A DNA stretch of 64,000 nt from Perkinsela sp. CCAP 1560/9 (taxonomy: Eukaryota > Protista > Euglenozoa: Kinetoplastea): the NCBI GenBank assembly GCA_965644495.1, contig CBFFSA010000013.1, positions 186,001 through 250,000 of the forward strand. Reading direction: 5' to 3'. A model generated the notes under the pieces. It had not been told where the DNA came from, searched no databases, and was given only the letters and a program-made list of their open reading frames with translations. Position 1 is the stretch's first letter; each line of letters opens with the position of its first letter. The translations under genes were made by a program, and so were the position numbers. Below, in pieces: positions 20,531 to 31,627 of the stretch.

Positions 20531-23500
20531 TTAAATGAGTTCTCCCGACGTTTTGTTGAAAACTTTCATATTTCCTAATGATTCACCAATCTGAATTTTT
20601 GTGAATAATGGAACTTTCAGATGCATTGTTTGTTCCATGCATACCGCAATTTCTGTTGCCATTGTAATAACGAATGGAGACACGACTGATTCAGCCGGAA
20701 ACGAGATCGACGCGACATTTTCTTCCTTTAGAGCCGCTTCCCAAGGATGCGAACTTTCATCTACTGCGCGTGCTTGGAGCTCCACCACACATTCGGATGC
20801 ACCTTGTTCGGGTACTAAAAACACGAGTTCATCATGAATCTGACCTACAACGCGTATGTCCCCCTTACATTTTCTTAAAATGAGCTCGTTTACTCTTACC
20901 ATTGCTGCTTTCACAAGGTCGGCCGCGGAACCCTGAACTACTGTGTTGATGGCTTGACGCTCTGCAGTGGTACGACGCGTGGGATCAGTTGCATTCATAT
21001 CAGGGAGAAGCCGCCATCGATGAAAAAATGTCCGCACGTGTCCCTTTTCCTGGGCGTGCTTCACTATGCGAGTCATGTAATTTGCAACCCCACAAAACAC
21101 GTCTCGGAAACGAGACAAAAACCGAGTGGCATCCTCAAGTTCCATGCCAGTTTGCTTCGAAAAGGCCTGTGGACCCATACCGTATATTATACCGTACGTA
21201 AGACGCTTGCCCACTTGACGCTCCTCCTGTGACACGGATTCTGGAGACTTATGGTAAATCATAGCTGCTATAGCGCAGTGTACATCTCCTCCGGCATGTA
21301 AGACTCCCAAGAGCTTTTCATCGCAACTGAGATGTGCCAGTACGCGAAGTTCGATTTGCTCGTAGTCAATCGTTACATATAGATACCCCCCAGGAGCACG
21401 AAAAGCACGCCGTACCATTTCCATAGAATCCGAAACTCGAGGTAAATTTTGAATATTCGGCTCCGCGCAAGAAATCCTTCCCGTGTCAGTCGCTTCTTGC
21501 AGAAAGTGAGGATGTAAGTAGTGAACAGTACGATCATCACTTTCCTTGTGTGCCACCGTGCACGTTACGAGTCCATCTACATACGTTTGTATAAGCTTTG
21601 CCTTTTTCCGGTATTGAATAATTACCTGTGGGAGCTCGTGAAGCTGTGCAAGTTCTCGAAGATGTTCCTCATTTGTGGAAATTTTTCCTCCTTTCGTAAC
21701 TGCAGCTCCTTCTGAAGGGAGCTTCAACTCATCAAAAAGAATGCGCCGTATCTCATCCGCACTTTGTAAGTTAAACGTTTTTCCTGCTAGAACATAGGCA
21801 CGCTCTTGCAAATGTGTCATATCATGTCTGACTTCGGAGGTGTTGCTGTGTAGATCTTTCACATCCAACATCATACCATTGATATGCATTTCACAACACA
21901 AGAAAGCAATCTTTCGTTCTATTTCGTTGTGAGCGAATAAGAGCCCATTTTCCCGAAGCTTCGCGGATAGTTGGCGGTGAATCTCCAAAGTCTTGACGAG
22001 CTGATCCCTAACGTCAGAAATATTTTCCTGCGAAAGCTTCTTTCGGCGCATGATTTTCTCTGTACTGCGCGCACTGGGTTCTCCTTCAGTCAAACATTGG
22101 ATCGAATGAAGATCTAAACCGGCGTGTTCGGGTCTCCAAAGCCATGCCATAAGTCGAATGTCGTCCACGGTTCGAGGGAAAAAGGTTTCTACATTTTGCA
22201 GATTTTGTCGCAGAAAATTCACCACTGGTGAACCGCTCTGCGTCGAATCTTCCTTCAATCGACGTCGCAAGTCTAGGAGTGGAAGATACACGGCACTGGC
22301 ATGGTAACATACGACTTGGATATTCGGATGACTGCATACTTCCAAGAGAAAATGTAGTATGGAGGCCGCGAATGCTATTTGATCTGATGCAGGTGAAGTG
22401 ATACAGTCACGTATGGGAAGAATGTAACATTTGTTCGAATAGGCCAATAATACGGTTTGCAGACGGTCAAAGGCTTCCCACGGATCAAGACCGTCTCCTA
22501 GGATTCGATCTTTCTTACCGCCATTGTGGTAATTAGATCCGTTGGCACTTAACGTGGCCAATGCTACAGTGCATGAAGTTGCTTCGTGTGCGGAATACGT
22601 TGAATCCTCTTTAAACTCTGTAAGGGGTTCGTTGCCAACTGTCATCTCTATAGTGGAAGGTGGTAAAATGATTCTTCTCAGTTCTTCGAACTCTGTCTTC
22701 GTGAGCTTGACGAGGTCATTGTGAAAGGTATCAGACACTTGGCCCAGTGATTTGTTGCTTGTACTGTTACCCGAAGTAAAATGCGAAACATCTGGGCCTG
22801 TATTCCCTGTGGGCGAACGTTCTTCGTAGGAATTAATGACGTTCAGTCCATTTTCCGTTTTGCGGTTTGTCGTGACGGACGGAGCAGAACTGGTAAGCTG
22901 ACCTTTGAATTCATTTGTAATTCTTTGCGGCAATATGCTTACCGATGAATCTGATTCACGTGCTTCTGTAGATTGAAGAGCCCGGGAAAAAGAATCAGAG
23001 GAATAGTTTTCTGGTTCGCTATCTACTGTTTTTGGGCTTCTAAAATTGGATAATACAGCATCCGATGATAGTGTATCAATGGGTGGTGTAGTATTCGTAG
23101 TTAAAATCAAAGAATCGGATCGCGTTAATTCTGAGACACGAGTCGCAATGTCTCCAGCCAAAAACACCCTTGAGCCAGAATTAATATTTTGTGGCGCCGT
23201 TTCTCTTGTATTCGTGGGAGGCTGGGGTACCCCGCGGGCTCGCTTGAAAGAAGAAGTGTTGTTCCCTTCCCGAGGCGACGCTCTGTTTTTCTTGTCCATG
23301 ATTGCATGCTTTTGTCGCAAGGCTTGGTTCCTGGCCGCGGTCGATGCGGCAATCGCCTCCTTGGTGTCTTCCACATGCTGTCGTAGTAAACTCTCTTCGG
23401 CTCGCTGCAAGCGATCAAGAATTGTTTCTTCTGTGTCTGTTTCCATTTTTAATGCGTCTTCGGTGGTTAGGTTTCGGACGGAGCTGAAATTATATTCACG

Positions 23501-23650
23501 TCTTGGCCCATGCATGGCAAGGTCCAAGGTACGCGCTTGGATAGGGTCTTGTCGCGTCAAATTCAATGCTTCTGTCACAGTTTGCTTTGCTATCAGTTCG
23601 GACACAGTTGGAATACCTGCATAGGGGTGAAAATGGCCTTCAGAATTCAT
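20531..23650 (-). CDS. Family-A DNA polymerase, Pol theta/nu-like polymerase domain only (PolIE-like)
   Basis: TDTGRISCAEPNIQNLP, motif A DYEQIELRVLAHLS, motif B RQVGKRLTYGIIYG, AERQAINTVVQGSAAD, motif C QIHDEL; no helicase domain. Confidence 0.93.
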   Translation of the reverse strand: MNSEGHFHPYAGIPTVSELIAKQTVTEALNLTRQDPIQARTLDLAMHGPRREYNFSSVRNLTTEDALKMETDTEETILDRLQRAEESLLRQHVEDTKEAIAASTAARNQALRQKHAIMDKKNRASPREGNNTSSFKRARGVPQPPTNTRETAPQNINSGSRVFLAGDIATRVSELTRSDSLILTTNTTPPIDTLSSDAVLSNFRSPKTVDSEPENYSSDSFSRALQSTEARESDSSVSILPQRITNEFKGQLTSSAPSVTTNRKTENGLNVINSYEERSPTGNTGPDVSHFTSGNSTSNKSLGQVSDTFHNDLVKLTKTEFEELRRIILPPSTIEMTVGNEPLTEFKEDSTYSAHEATSCTVALATLSANGSNYHNGGKKDRILGDGLDPWEAFDRLQTVLLAYSNKCYILPIRDCITSPASDQIAFAASILHFLLEVCSHPNIQVVCYHASAVYLPLLDLRRRLKEDSTQSGSPVVNFLRQNLQNVETFFPRTVDDIRLMAWLWRPEHAGLDLHSIQCLTEGEPSARSTEKIMRRKKLSQENISDVRDQLVKTLEIHRQLSAKLRENGLLFAHNEIERKIAFLCCEMHINGMMLDVKDLHSNTSEVRHDMTHLQERAYVLAGKTFNLQSADEIRRILFDELKLPSEGAAVTKGGKISTNEEHLRELAQLHELPQVIIQYRKKAKLIQTYVDGLVTCTVAHKESDDRTVHYLHPHFLQEATDTGRISCAEPNIQNLPRVSDSMEMVRRAFRAPGGYLYVTIDYEQIELRVLAHLSCDEKLLGVLHAGGDVHCAIAAMIYHKSPESVSQEERQVGKRLTYGIIYGMGPQAFSKQTGMELEDATRFLSRFRDVFCGVANYMTRIVKHAQEKGHVRTFFHRWRLLPDMNATDPTRRTTAERQAINTVVQGSAADLVKAAMVRVNELILRKCKGDIRVVGQIHDELVFLVPEQGASECVVELQARAVDESSHPWEAALKEENVASISFPAESVVSPFVITMATEIAVCMEQTMHLKVPLFTKIQIGESLGNMKVFNKTSGELI

Positions 23651-23734
23651 GAGCTACAGAATAACAACTGAGAAATAAGGATAGTATTGCGGGTATTAAT
23701 GTACTTTTTAACGGCTATTATTGTATTTTTTTAG

Positions 23735-23780
23735 AACCTATACAATAGGTTCCAGGGTATAACCCTATAGTATAGGGTTT
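23735..23780. repeat. Two adjacent short palindromes in the intergenic region
   Basis: AACCTATACAATAGGTT and AACCCTATAGTATAGGGTT. Confidence 0.55.
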
Positions 23781-23937
23781 TTCACTACACGTTTCGCTAC
23801 AACTTGCCCGTAAGATAAAAGATAACTTTTACATGTAGCGTAACTTTGTCAAAGCACAGCCCAAAGAGATTGTCGCACAGTACATGTATTTGGTCTTGAC
23901 GCTTTCTGTGCCTACAGGAACTCCACAGTATCCCCAA

Positions 23938-24564
23938 CTAGTCTAAGAATACGTTATCTGGTAATATACAACGGGGCTTCACACATGTCCCTTTCAAATG
24001 TACTGCCTTTAGACTTTGCGGTAGGTTTCTTAAATCCACACTCCCCGCAAAGTCATTGCTACTCAGATCTATGTACTCGATGTGCTCGGGAAGCGAGTCG
24101 AAGTACACCGTTCCGAAAAATTCATTCTCTGCCAAATCCAACGTCACCAAGGCGGGAGGCAACGCCTTCCACGCCACCTGGCTACTAAAATCATTTTCGC
24201 GCAAATTTAGATAGGCCAGACCGCGAGGTAGGTGCTCGAACGGTACCTCCCCTGTGAGCTCATTAGGTTTGTCCTCGCGCGAGGCTAGGTTGATTTCCAT
24301 CACTGTGAAAGGGAGCCAATCCCACTCCAGGGGTCCCGCAAGGCCAAGCCCAACCCAGTGCAGCACTGTCACCACCCCCGGGGCACTGCAGTAGACTCCC
24401 TTCCATGAGCACCCGGAAGTTTGCTCGGACCAGTCAGGGTGGGTGGTACTGAGCGAGGCGGTGAATTTCGCCAGGGCGTACTCGAAGGGGAGGGACGCCT
24501 TGCTGACACGTCCGCGGCGCACGGATGAGCCGGAGGCATCGGACTGGGAGAATCGTAGAAGCAT
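23938..24564 (-). CDS. Short LRR protein (paralogue)
   Basis: HPDW...GCSWKGVYC cap; LP..L..L.L..N.F.G repeats. Confidence 0.88.
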   Translation of the reverse strand: MLLRFSQSDASGSSVRRGRVSKASLPFEYALAKFTASLSTTHPDWSEQTSGCSWKGVYCSAPGVVTVLHWVGLGLAGPLEWDWLPFTVMEINLASREDKPNELTGEVPFEHLPRGLAYLNLRENDFSSQVAWKALPPALVTLDLAENEFFGTVYFDSLPEHIEYIDLSSNDFAGSVDLRNLPQSLKAVHLKGTCVKPRCILPDNVFLD

Positions 24565-24870
24565 GGGGGAAAAGGGGAAGGGGTGGGGCGGAGGGAAGAG
24601 GTAAAATAATCTAGTAGTTCAAGAATATCGAGGTTGATATTGGTGAAAGTAAATCCTACTTCGATTCTAAAATGCTATACACAACAAAATCTTAAATAGA
24701 AATTTACACTTTAAGTCTTGAAGTTTACTAAATTTTATGCCAGTTGTAAATTATTGCTTGCGCCTTTTCATAGTAAATGAAATGAACTTTACGCTCCTTC
24801 TTTGAGTCACATCTTACCAATTTTATTCTTTTACCACAATATCTTTCCTTCACTTCACCTTTCCCCCCAC

Positions 24871-25674
24871 TTAGGCGCGGACCAACGACCGGCTGGCCAA
24901 AAAGTCAGTGTACTCCTGGTACGGATCCTTCTGGTTCACCGTCTTCGGCCACAGATCCGGGGTTAGGAACCCGTACGTCTTCGTCAGTGCCTCGAACGTG
25001 GCCATGGCAAAGTTCCCCGTGGTCTTCGTCTTGCCCTCCGTCGAGGTGTACACATCCTGGATCCCCGCCAGCGTGAGAATCTTTTTCGAGACCGGTGGGG
25101 CGACGATTCCTGTCCCACGAGGGGCAGGAGTCAGCCGGACCCGCACGGAGCCACACTTCCCGGTCGCCTTGGTCGCAATCGTGTGCGGCTCCCCGAGCTT
25201 TGCTCCCCAGTACCCCCGGCGAACGGGGACCATGGCGAGTTTCGCATTGTTCGTTGCGGCACTGATCGCGATTCCTGTCTCCTTGGAGCACTTAGAGCCC
25301 AGCCCTACATGGCCGTTCTCATCTCCAACCACGACGTAGGCCTTGAAACGGTTACGCTGACCCGCACTGGTCGCTTTCTGCACGGGAAACATCGCAAGTA
25401 GCTCGTCTTTAAGGCTGGGAAAGAACCGATCCACAATCTCAGGCTCCTTGATGGGCAGCGAGTAGAGGTAGATCTCCTCAGGTTTTTGGATTTTGCCCTC
25501 CTGGACGAGTTTTCCGAGTTTCGTGGAGGGGCTCCAGCGCTCACCTCCGCCGCCACCTCCACGGCCACCTCGGGACATCCCCCCGCCCCGGCCCCCGGGA
25601 GCTCCACGACCGCCACGACCTCCGGGACCCCCACGGCCTCCTCTACCAGAGGATACCCCACCGCGATTCTCCAT
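24871..25674 (-). CDS. RPS2: 40S ribosomal protein S2 (uS5)
   Basis: RGG-rich N-terminus, [41 protein letters not shown]. Confidence 0.98.
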   Translation of the reverse strand: MENRGGVSSGRGGRGGPGGRGGRGAPGGRGGGMSRGGRGGGGGGERWSPSTKLGKLVQEGKIQKPEEIYLYSLPIKEPEIVDRFFPSLKDELLAMFPVQKATSAGQRNRFKAYVVVGDENGHVGLGSKCSKETGIAISAATNNAKLAMVPVRRGYWGAKLGEPHTIATKATGKCGSVRVRLTPAPRGTGIVAPPVSKKILTLAGIQDVYTSTEGKTKTTGNFAMATFEALTKTYGFLTPDLWPKTVNQKDPYQEYTDFLASRSLVRA

Positions 25675-26420
25675 GTTGGGTAGAATAGGTAGTGAGTGCG
25701 TAGAAATGCTAAGTCGTTTAAAAAGGTTGTGATAATAATAGAAAAGGTTTGTAATTTGTTTTTATAAGATTTGTGAAACGTAAAAATCGGACTTTGTTAT
25801 ATAACGTTTGCTCAAGGAGGGTAGGTAAATGTAGGTTGATTGATGGTTGATGTTCATGCGCTCGTTGGCGCAGAGATACAGCCCTTGATGCGACAGCCGA
25901 TATCATCGGCACAATCCGTATTGACGGATGTCGCACCAAGGGGGTTTAGCTCGGACTCTAAATAAGTAAGAGACTCTAAGTAAGAAGAGCTAGGAGTTTG
26001 TACAATGGATAGATTGATTGTGCCTAAAACAAAGAACAATGCTATTTTAGAATACATAAAAAGATATTTCACTAAACTATGCAGAAATTTATTAAGGGAT
26101 TGCGGTGAAAAACTCCTACTGAAACTATTCCAGTTAAGGAACCTACTGCTCTCTCATTTCTCAGTTAGAAATTATCAAGTCATGTGACTCAGTGAGACCA
26201 TAGCTAGGGGTCTCTATAGGACTAAATCTGACTAAAAGACAAATAATATGACGACAGACATCTTATAGATTAACGGAAAATGGTTAATGTACCTAATTTT
26301 ATGTACATTTCTATCTACGAAAAATGCATATCTCTACGAATATGCGCATGGCAAAACTGGACCTGAGTCCACATCAGTTGAAGTGCCGCGATTTCTACTC
26401 ATTTTACTACAACATACTTT

Positions 26421-28070
26421 TCATTTCAAAGGCCCTTTTTTTAAAAGAAAACAGATAGCGTGTTCAAACCGCACATAAAAGCTGTGCAGTGAGAATTGGG
26501 TTTTTGCTCTCATAGCGGCATGGTGCGTCATTACTCGTGTCCGGTGTGGGTCCTCCAGCAAGCCTGACACCGCAAAGGCAAACGCTTCTGGGTCGGGCGA
26601 GGTCAGAATCCCGCACTCACCTGATTGCCCAATCGACTCTTTCGGCCCTCCATTGTCGACGGCTACGACTGGCTTTCCCACTGTCATCGCCTCTAACGGG
26701 GCAATGCCAAAGTGCTCACTGACAGGAGTGTACAAGAACACTGAACAGTGCTGAAGTAACTCGAGCTTTTGCGATTCAGAAACCGAAGTAAGAAAATGTA
26801 CTCGATCGGGGAGATCGAGAGTTGATGCCAATTGTTTCAGTTCCGATAGACAATTGCGGTGGTGTCGTAGACGGACGTCATAACCACCGGCGAGCACAAG
26901 GGACATATTTCCATAGGACTCCTTCATGCCGTGAAGATGCCGAAGTGTCTCAATCGCAAGAGAGAGATTCTTTTGCGGATCAAAGCGGTTAAGAGAGAGA
27001 AGAAAAGGCTTCTTGATCTCCTCGCCATTCGCATTTTTGAGATGTAAAGACGTTAGGCCGCTACCATACTCTTCACGTACGTTGGCGAAACATGAAAAGA
27101 AACTCCGTGGACGAATACGAGAAACGGCACATGACTTTTGTGATTGGAGACGCTCGGGTATTATGGGTGGGTAGACTATGTCGGAGGCGTGTGATGGTGC
27201 GAATATTTTGGTGTCAGATTCTTTAATGTAGTTATCCAGTACTTTGTTTTGCTTTTCAAGTTTGTAACGCAGAGAGGGGAAAGTCTTCAAAGTAGCATAT
27301 CTCGTGAAATCACTGTTGAAGAGTATTAAATCTGCCCACCAAAGACTATATTCTTCTATTTTGTCGAACAGGAGACGATATGGACACTTCAGGCACTTAA
27401 AAAGGAGGCCACGATTGGTGACACCAGTAGAACCCATAGAGCATTTAGAAGGATCACATAACTTGTCAGGGAAGTGACAATAGAAAAGGATTGGAGTTCT
27501 AAACCTCGTCAGAATTTTCAAAAGAAGAATAGGCGTGCTGAGCTGATCAACGACGATGAGATCTGCGCGAGGAGAAAAAAGGCCAACATAAAGAGAGGCG
27601 TACATCAACCGTACTGTTGCGCAAAAAACGTGAGCAATACCAAATAAATTGCGAGGCAATAAAGACCCCACGACTCGAACTTCTACCTTATTGTTTGCGA
27701 TTGCACTCTCCAAGGTTGAGTTATCACTGTCCTTTTCTAAAGGATCATCTTTTGGCTCTTTCAAAGAGAGCGATGCGTTGCTATCCTTCAGTGTAGTCTC
27801 CGGGAAACACCGGTCACGTGCGTAATGAGTAGTATAAATAACCACGTTGTGTTTACCGTAGCATTGCAATCCCAATGCGGCGTCTACAACTAAACGCTCT
27901 GCACCACCCAAGCCTAAATCAGGATGAAGAAACGTAACGGAGAGCGGAAACTTCTCTGTGGAATAAGTCTTGCATCTTCGCAGATGGCGCAGATACCAGT
28001 AGTATACCAGAGACACGAGGAACACAAGAAAGCCCAGTCCCCATTGCAGAGAGACATTGCAGAACACCAT
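26421..28070 (-). CDS. ALG2: Alpha-1,3/1,6-mannosyltransferase (GT4)
   Basis: FLHPDLGLGGAERLVVDAA, LFYCHFPDK, LYTP..EHFGIAPLEAM, GGPKES. Confidence 0.95.
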   Translation of the reverse strand: MVFCNVSLQWGLGFLVFLVSLVYYWYLRHLRRCKTYSTEKFPLSVTFLHPDLGLGGAERLVVDAALGLQCYGKHNVVIYTTHYARDRCFPETTLKDSNASLSLKEPKDDPLEKDSDNSTLESAIANNKVEVRVVGSLLPRNLFGIAHVFCATVRLMYASLYVGLFSPRADLIVVDQLSTPILLLKILTRFRTPILFYCHFPDKLCDPSKCSMGSTGVTNRGLLFKCLKCPYRLLFDKIEEYSLWWADLILFNSDFTRYATLKTFPSLRYKLEKQNKVLDNYIKESDTKIFAPSHASDIVYPPIIPERLQSQKSCAVSRIRPRSFFSCFANVREEYGSGLTSLHLKNANGEEIKKPFLLSLNRFDPQKNLSLAIETLRHLHGMKESYGNMSLVLAGGYDVRLRHHRNCLSELKQLASTLDLPDRVHFLTSVSESQKLELLQHCSVFLYTPVSEHFGIAPLEAMTVGKPVVAVDNGGPKESIGQSGECGILTSPDPEAFAFAVSGLLEDPHRTRVMTHHAAMRAKTQFSLHSFYVRFEHAICFLLKKGPLK

Positions 28071-28282
28071 TTCGGAAAGGGAGCTAAATAAAAGTACTGC
28101 TTGATTACTAGAAGATTACTAAAACTTACTAAAATATTTGTACGAATACATACATATGGAAACTTTGTAGACTTTCAAAAGTAATTGAAAGTGTTCAATT
28201 ATTAGATTAGAAATATTAATAGTCATCAATAAAAATCGCAATGGAAGAAGCCCAATTATGCAAGAAGTTATCCGCCACAACG

Positions 28283-29446
28283 CTATGCTATTAAGTCGGG
28301 AATGCGGTGCTGCATACCGTGTGCTACACACTCTAGTACCCACTGAAGATTGCCAAGCTCCATCTCCTTTAGACGGAGGTAGCTGTAGAAACTGCCATAA
28401 TGGAATTGTCTGGCGAAGCTACGGTGGTGTAGTGCCGCGAGTTGTACCCGGAGCTGTTGTTCCACCCGTGCTTGGAGACTGGTCGCGGACAAGGGGGAGA
28501 GCCCAAAATCGTTTTGGCTTTTGCCGTCCCTTGGCCTGCGAGAAAACTCGGCCAGGTCTGTATTCCCCAGCAATACGGCATACTCGGGAAATGGCTGCAA
28601 CACGTTCCGAAGTTCCCCCTCCGTACGTACACTGGCAATGCTCTCATGCAACGGGAGCAAGTGCCCCAGACAAGGAAACAGCTTGCGACGTTCCTCCGCA
28701 GGAAGCGCACTAGGGTGTGCCATGGCAGAAAGTGTCAACAAGATCACATTCTGGTCGGCTTCGAAGAAGAGAATTTCTTCCATCACCTCCGCTGTGGCGC
28801 CTCCTTGAGTCGCACAGTACGTCGCGAACTGCTCCGTCCAGCTACGCAACAGGGCGTAGTACAAATACTCAACAGAGCACTCGCGTAGGTCATGCACCGT
28901 GGTGTCGTGAAAGAACCGCCCGACGGGGGAATCACGGAGAACAATTTCAAACATCTCTTCCAGCGTCAGAGTTTCACTCTCAGTAAGTAGCGAGAGCCCC
29001 GGGAAGCGTCCCAAGGGGTGACACTGCTGCAGCAATTCCTGACGCGCAGTGGTAGTTTTCTCCGCGCCCCCGGTGTTGCGACCGTGAAGAAGGACTTTTA
29101 AAAGGTTGCGGAGCATGTAGTGGGCCGAGACAAAGTCCAAAAAGGCCCGCAGTTCCGGGCATGCCTCCTCGTAGATCGCGAGAAACTCATTGGTGAAGGC
29201 TTGCTCGAGTCCCTGATGAAGGATACGAGCGCTATTTTGGATCTCATCCTTCGCACCTGGCGGTGAGGATACTACGTCTTTAAATGCCGTTTGTGCACTG
29301 AGATACTGTTTGACATCGGAAACTGATTCGCACTGGGCTAGTGTGTGATAATCCGTGGATTTTAACAAGCTCGCGTATAGTCCGTGAAGATAAGCCTCTA
29401 TCGCTCCACTTTGAATGTTGTGTGTAAGAAGACCCGGCGAACTCAT
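28283..29446 (-). CDS. VMA6: V-type ATPase V0 subunit d
   Basis: Y..LAQCES, CHPLG.F, TAEVM..IL.FEAD, F.RQFHYG.FYSYLRLKE.E..NL.W..EC. Confidence 0.93.
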   Translation of the reverse strand: MSSPGLLTHNIQSGAIEAYLHGLYASLLKSTDYHTLAQCESVSDVKQYLSAQTAFKDVVSSPPGAKDEIQNSARILHQGLEQAFTNEFLAIYEEACPELRAFLDFVSAHYMLRNLLKVLLHGRNTGGAEKTTTARQELLQQCHPLGRFPGLSLLTESETLTLEEMFEIVLRDSPVGRFFHDTTVHDLRECSVEYLYYALLRSWTEQFATYCATQGGATAEVMEEILFFEADQNVILLTLSAMAHPSALPAEERRKLFPCLGHLLPLHESIASVRTEGELRNVLQPFPEYAVLLGNTDLAEFSRRPRDGKSQNDFGLSPLSATSLQARVEQQLRVQLAALHHRSFARQFHYGSFYSYLRLKEMELGNLQWVLECVAHGMQHRIPDLIA

Positions 29447-29851
29447 AAGTACCAGTAAAGTTTCTTAGCAAAATACATAAAACAATTACCGTGGTTTTTT
29501 GACATGATTGGTTATGTACTGTATGAAACGTTGCATTATAAATTACATATACATGTATGAAGCATACGTATACTGTAGCAATGTACTTTATTCAGAACTC
29601 AATGAAGTGACCCAAAGTGTAATCCCTGAGGCTACTATTCACCCCTTTACCAATATTCACGTCCCCGTAACGTTAAGGCCTGTACTATCTGCTCGTCCCC
29701 CTTCTGAATAATGAGTCCAGAATCGTTTAAATTAAATGATTTAATTTATGAACTATTAAATTAAACTATTAAATTACTGTGACCCCCCCTTTATACTTCG
29801 CTGGTCAGACCCCCCCTTTATAATTCGTTTTCCGCGTGCCCGTTACACGGT

Positions 29852-30025
29852 TTAGTGCGGAAGTATATTGTGGACAGCTACCGAACCATAGTTAATACGG
29901 ATGAGTGGCGTGGGTGTGAAGGACTGAGTGCGTTTCGTAATCATCGAACAGTCAATCACAGTAAAAGGTGAAAGAAGCGATTTGTTACAGAAGACGGTGT
30001 GCACACCAACAATGCTGAATCATGA
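29852..30025 (+). pseudogene. Merlin (ISXO2-like DDE) transposase catalytic fragment, not in the ORF track
   Basis: Translates LVRKYIVDSYRTIVNTDEWRGCEGLSAFRNHRTVNHSKR*KKRFVTEDGVHTNNAES*, the TDxW..H.TVNHS..FV..GVHTN..ES signature. Confidence 0.85.
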
Positions 30026-30162
30026 AAGACTGCTGAATCATGAAAAACAATGCTAAATCAAGATGACACGTGAAACATGATACAACAATGCATGTCGTAA
30101 AGCGGAAGCGAGTATACAAGATGAAATCAATATATTTCGTAAAAAAGTGGTCCAAATAATAA

Positions 30163-30204
30163 TTTTGAAAGTGGGTACAATATTATATTGTACCCACTTT
30201 CAAA
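30163..30204. repeat. Perfect ~19-bp-arm hairpin
   Basis: TTTTGAAAGTGGGTACAATATTATATTGTACCCACTTTCAAAA. Confidence 0.85.
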
Positions 30205-30531
30205 AATATTTTTTTCAAAAACTTATATACTGTGCCCCCCACTTATTTGTCACCCCTTTTTCGAAAAAAGGACAAATAAGTAGGGGGGGTGGAGCTATGA
30301 CAATTAAGTGGGGGGGATTACAGTTCGTGCATACTTCAAAAATATCTGCTTACGAATGTTCTTAGGTCAGCGTTAGTACCATCAGTAAGATAGCAGTGCC
30401 AGGGAAGACCACGAGGAGGTCCCGACCTTACTTCCCCGTTTTGGGTTGCGCCCAGAAGCAAGACCACTTTAATTTTGCAATAGTCAAAACTTTGCGATAG
30501 AGAAAAAAGGTTATGGTAGTGGTATCATACA

Positions 30532-30616
30532 TGAAGCGAGTACGGTACTCGTGTACTCACCCGAGTAAGTACAGCGTGTAATCACTCGGAGTACCGTACT
30601 CGCTGTACTCGCTTCC
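30532..30616. repeat. Fold-back cluster of GAGTAC/GTACTC motifs
   Basis: AGCGAGTACGGTACTC ... GAGTACCGTACTCGCT plus further GTACTC copies. Confidence 0.7.
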
Positions 30617-31627
30617 AGCAGGTATGTACTCGCTATACAAGTGAGTTTGGAACAAGTGACGTTATGTTAAGAAATTTCTGGTCGAGCAATTTCTGGTCGA
30701 GGAGGATGTGGGATGTGATAAGGGATGGAATGCGGGGTGTAAATGCGTTTGCAGTACAATCTTGCCGACGCAATCTTGTTACTAATTACAGTAAAGTATT
30801 GTTGACTAATTTGACTCAGACGAGACGTAGTGCCTTCTTATTCATTTCCGAAACGGTGTAACTAGAAACTAAATAGAAACTAAAGCATATGGTAAAAAAC
30901 ACTAAGCAAATTATTGTTTCCATATCATATGACATGCGATAAATTTAGTTTGGTAAATTTGAAATACCTAGCGAGGGTTTGCGAGTCACTAAGTAAAACC
31001 ACAGAATACTTAGATACGACGATTTTCGAGAGTTGATGTAGTGATGGTTTCGTTTTTCATATTGACACAATTTGAGAGAGCGCCGACTCGTGGGGCAGGG
31101 GGGCGTATGGTCACCCAAGCATCAAGGCGACGAGGACGACACGGCAGGGTTGAGGGGGGTTGTGGGGGAGAACCGTTGGGAGGATGAGGCATAGTTGAGG
31201 AGAGTTGTGGGGGAGAACCGTTGGGAGAATGTTGTTCTAAAATTGTTGAAAAACGTATTCAGTTACTATGTTATGAGGTGAAAGACTTAGAGTAGTAAAT
31301 ACAAACGGATATTAAACTTTGATGGTTTGGACTTCTTCACCAGTCAAGTAAAACATTAGAGTATAACATGAGGAAGAAAGACTAGCCTGTCCTGCTCCAT
31401 CAAAAAAAAAAAATTCGGCGCCGCTTCGCGGCGCCCGATCCACTAGGCTTCGTCGAAAAGGACGAATAAGTGGGGGGGATGGAGCTGTGACAAATAAGTG
31501 GGGGGGGCATTAAGTTGTCTGCACCCAAAAATTAATATCAGTGTGAAGAGTTGATGCTGATAGGAGTTGGGGCGTAACCCCAAATTCGGTAAACTGGTAC
31601 CTTCGGGAAGTCTATTGACGATGAAAT

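Larger units (their letters stand above)
29777..31510. mobile_element. Nested relic block with pogo-like termini
   Basis: Left TA|CTGTGACCCCCCCTTTATA; right ACAAATAAGTGGGGGGGGCA; internal mini-copy 30230-30323; GCGAAGC-type hairpin at 31417-31435. Confidence 0.45.

Noticed and set aside
31145-31232. ~46-bp tandem duplication and Pro-rich ORF 31010-31192
   Set aside because: Inside the relic block with no recognisable domain
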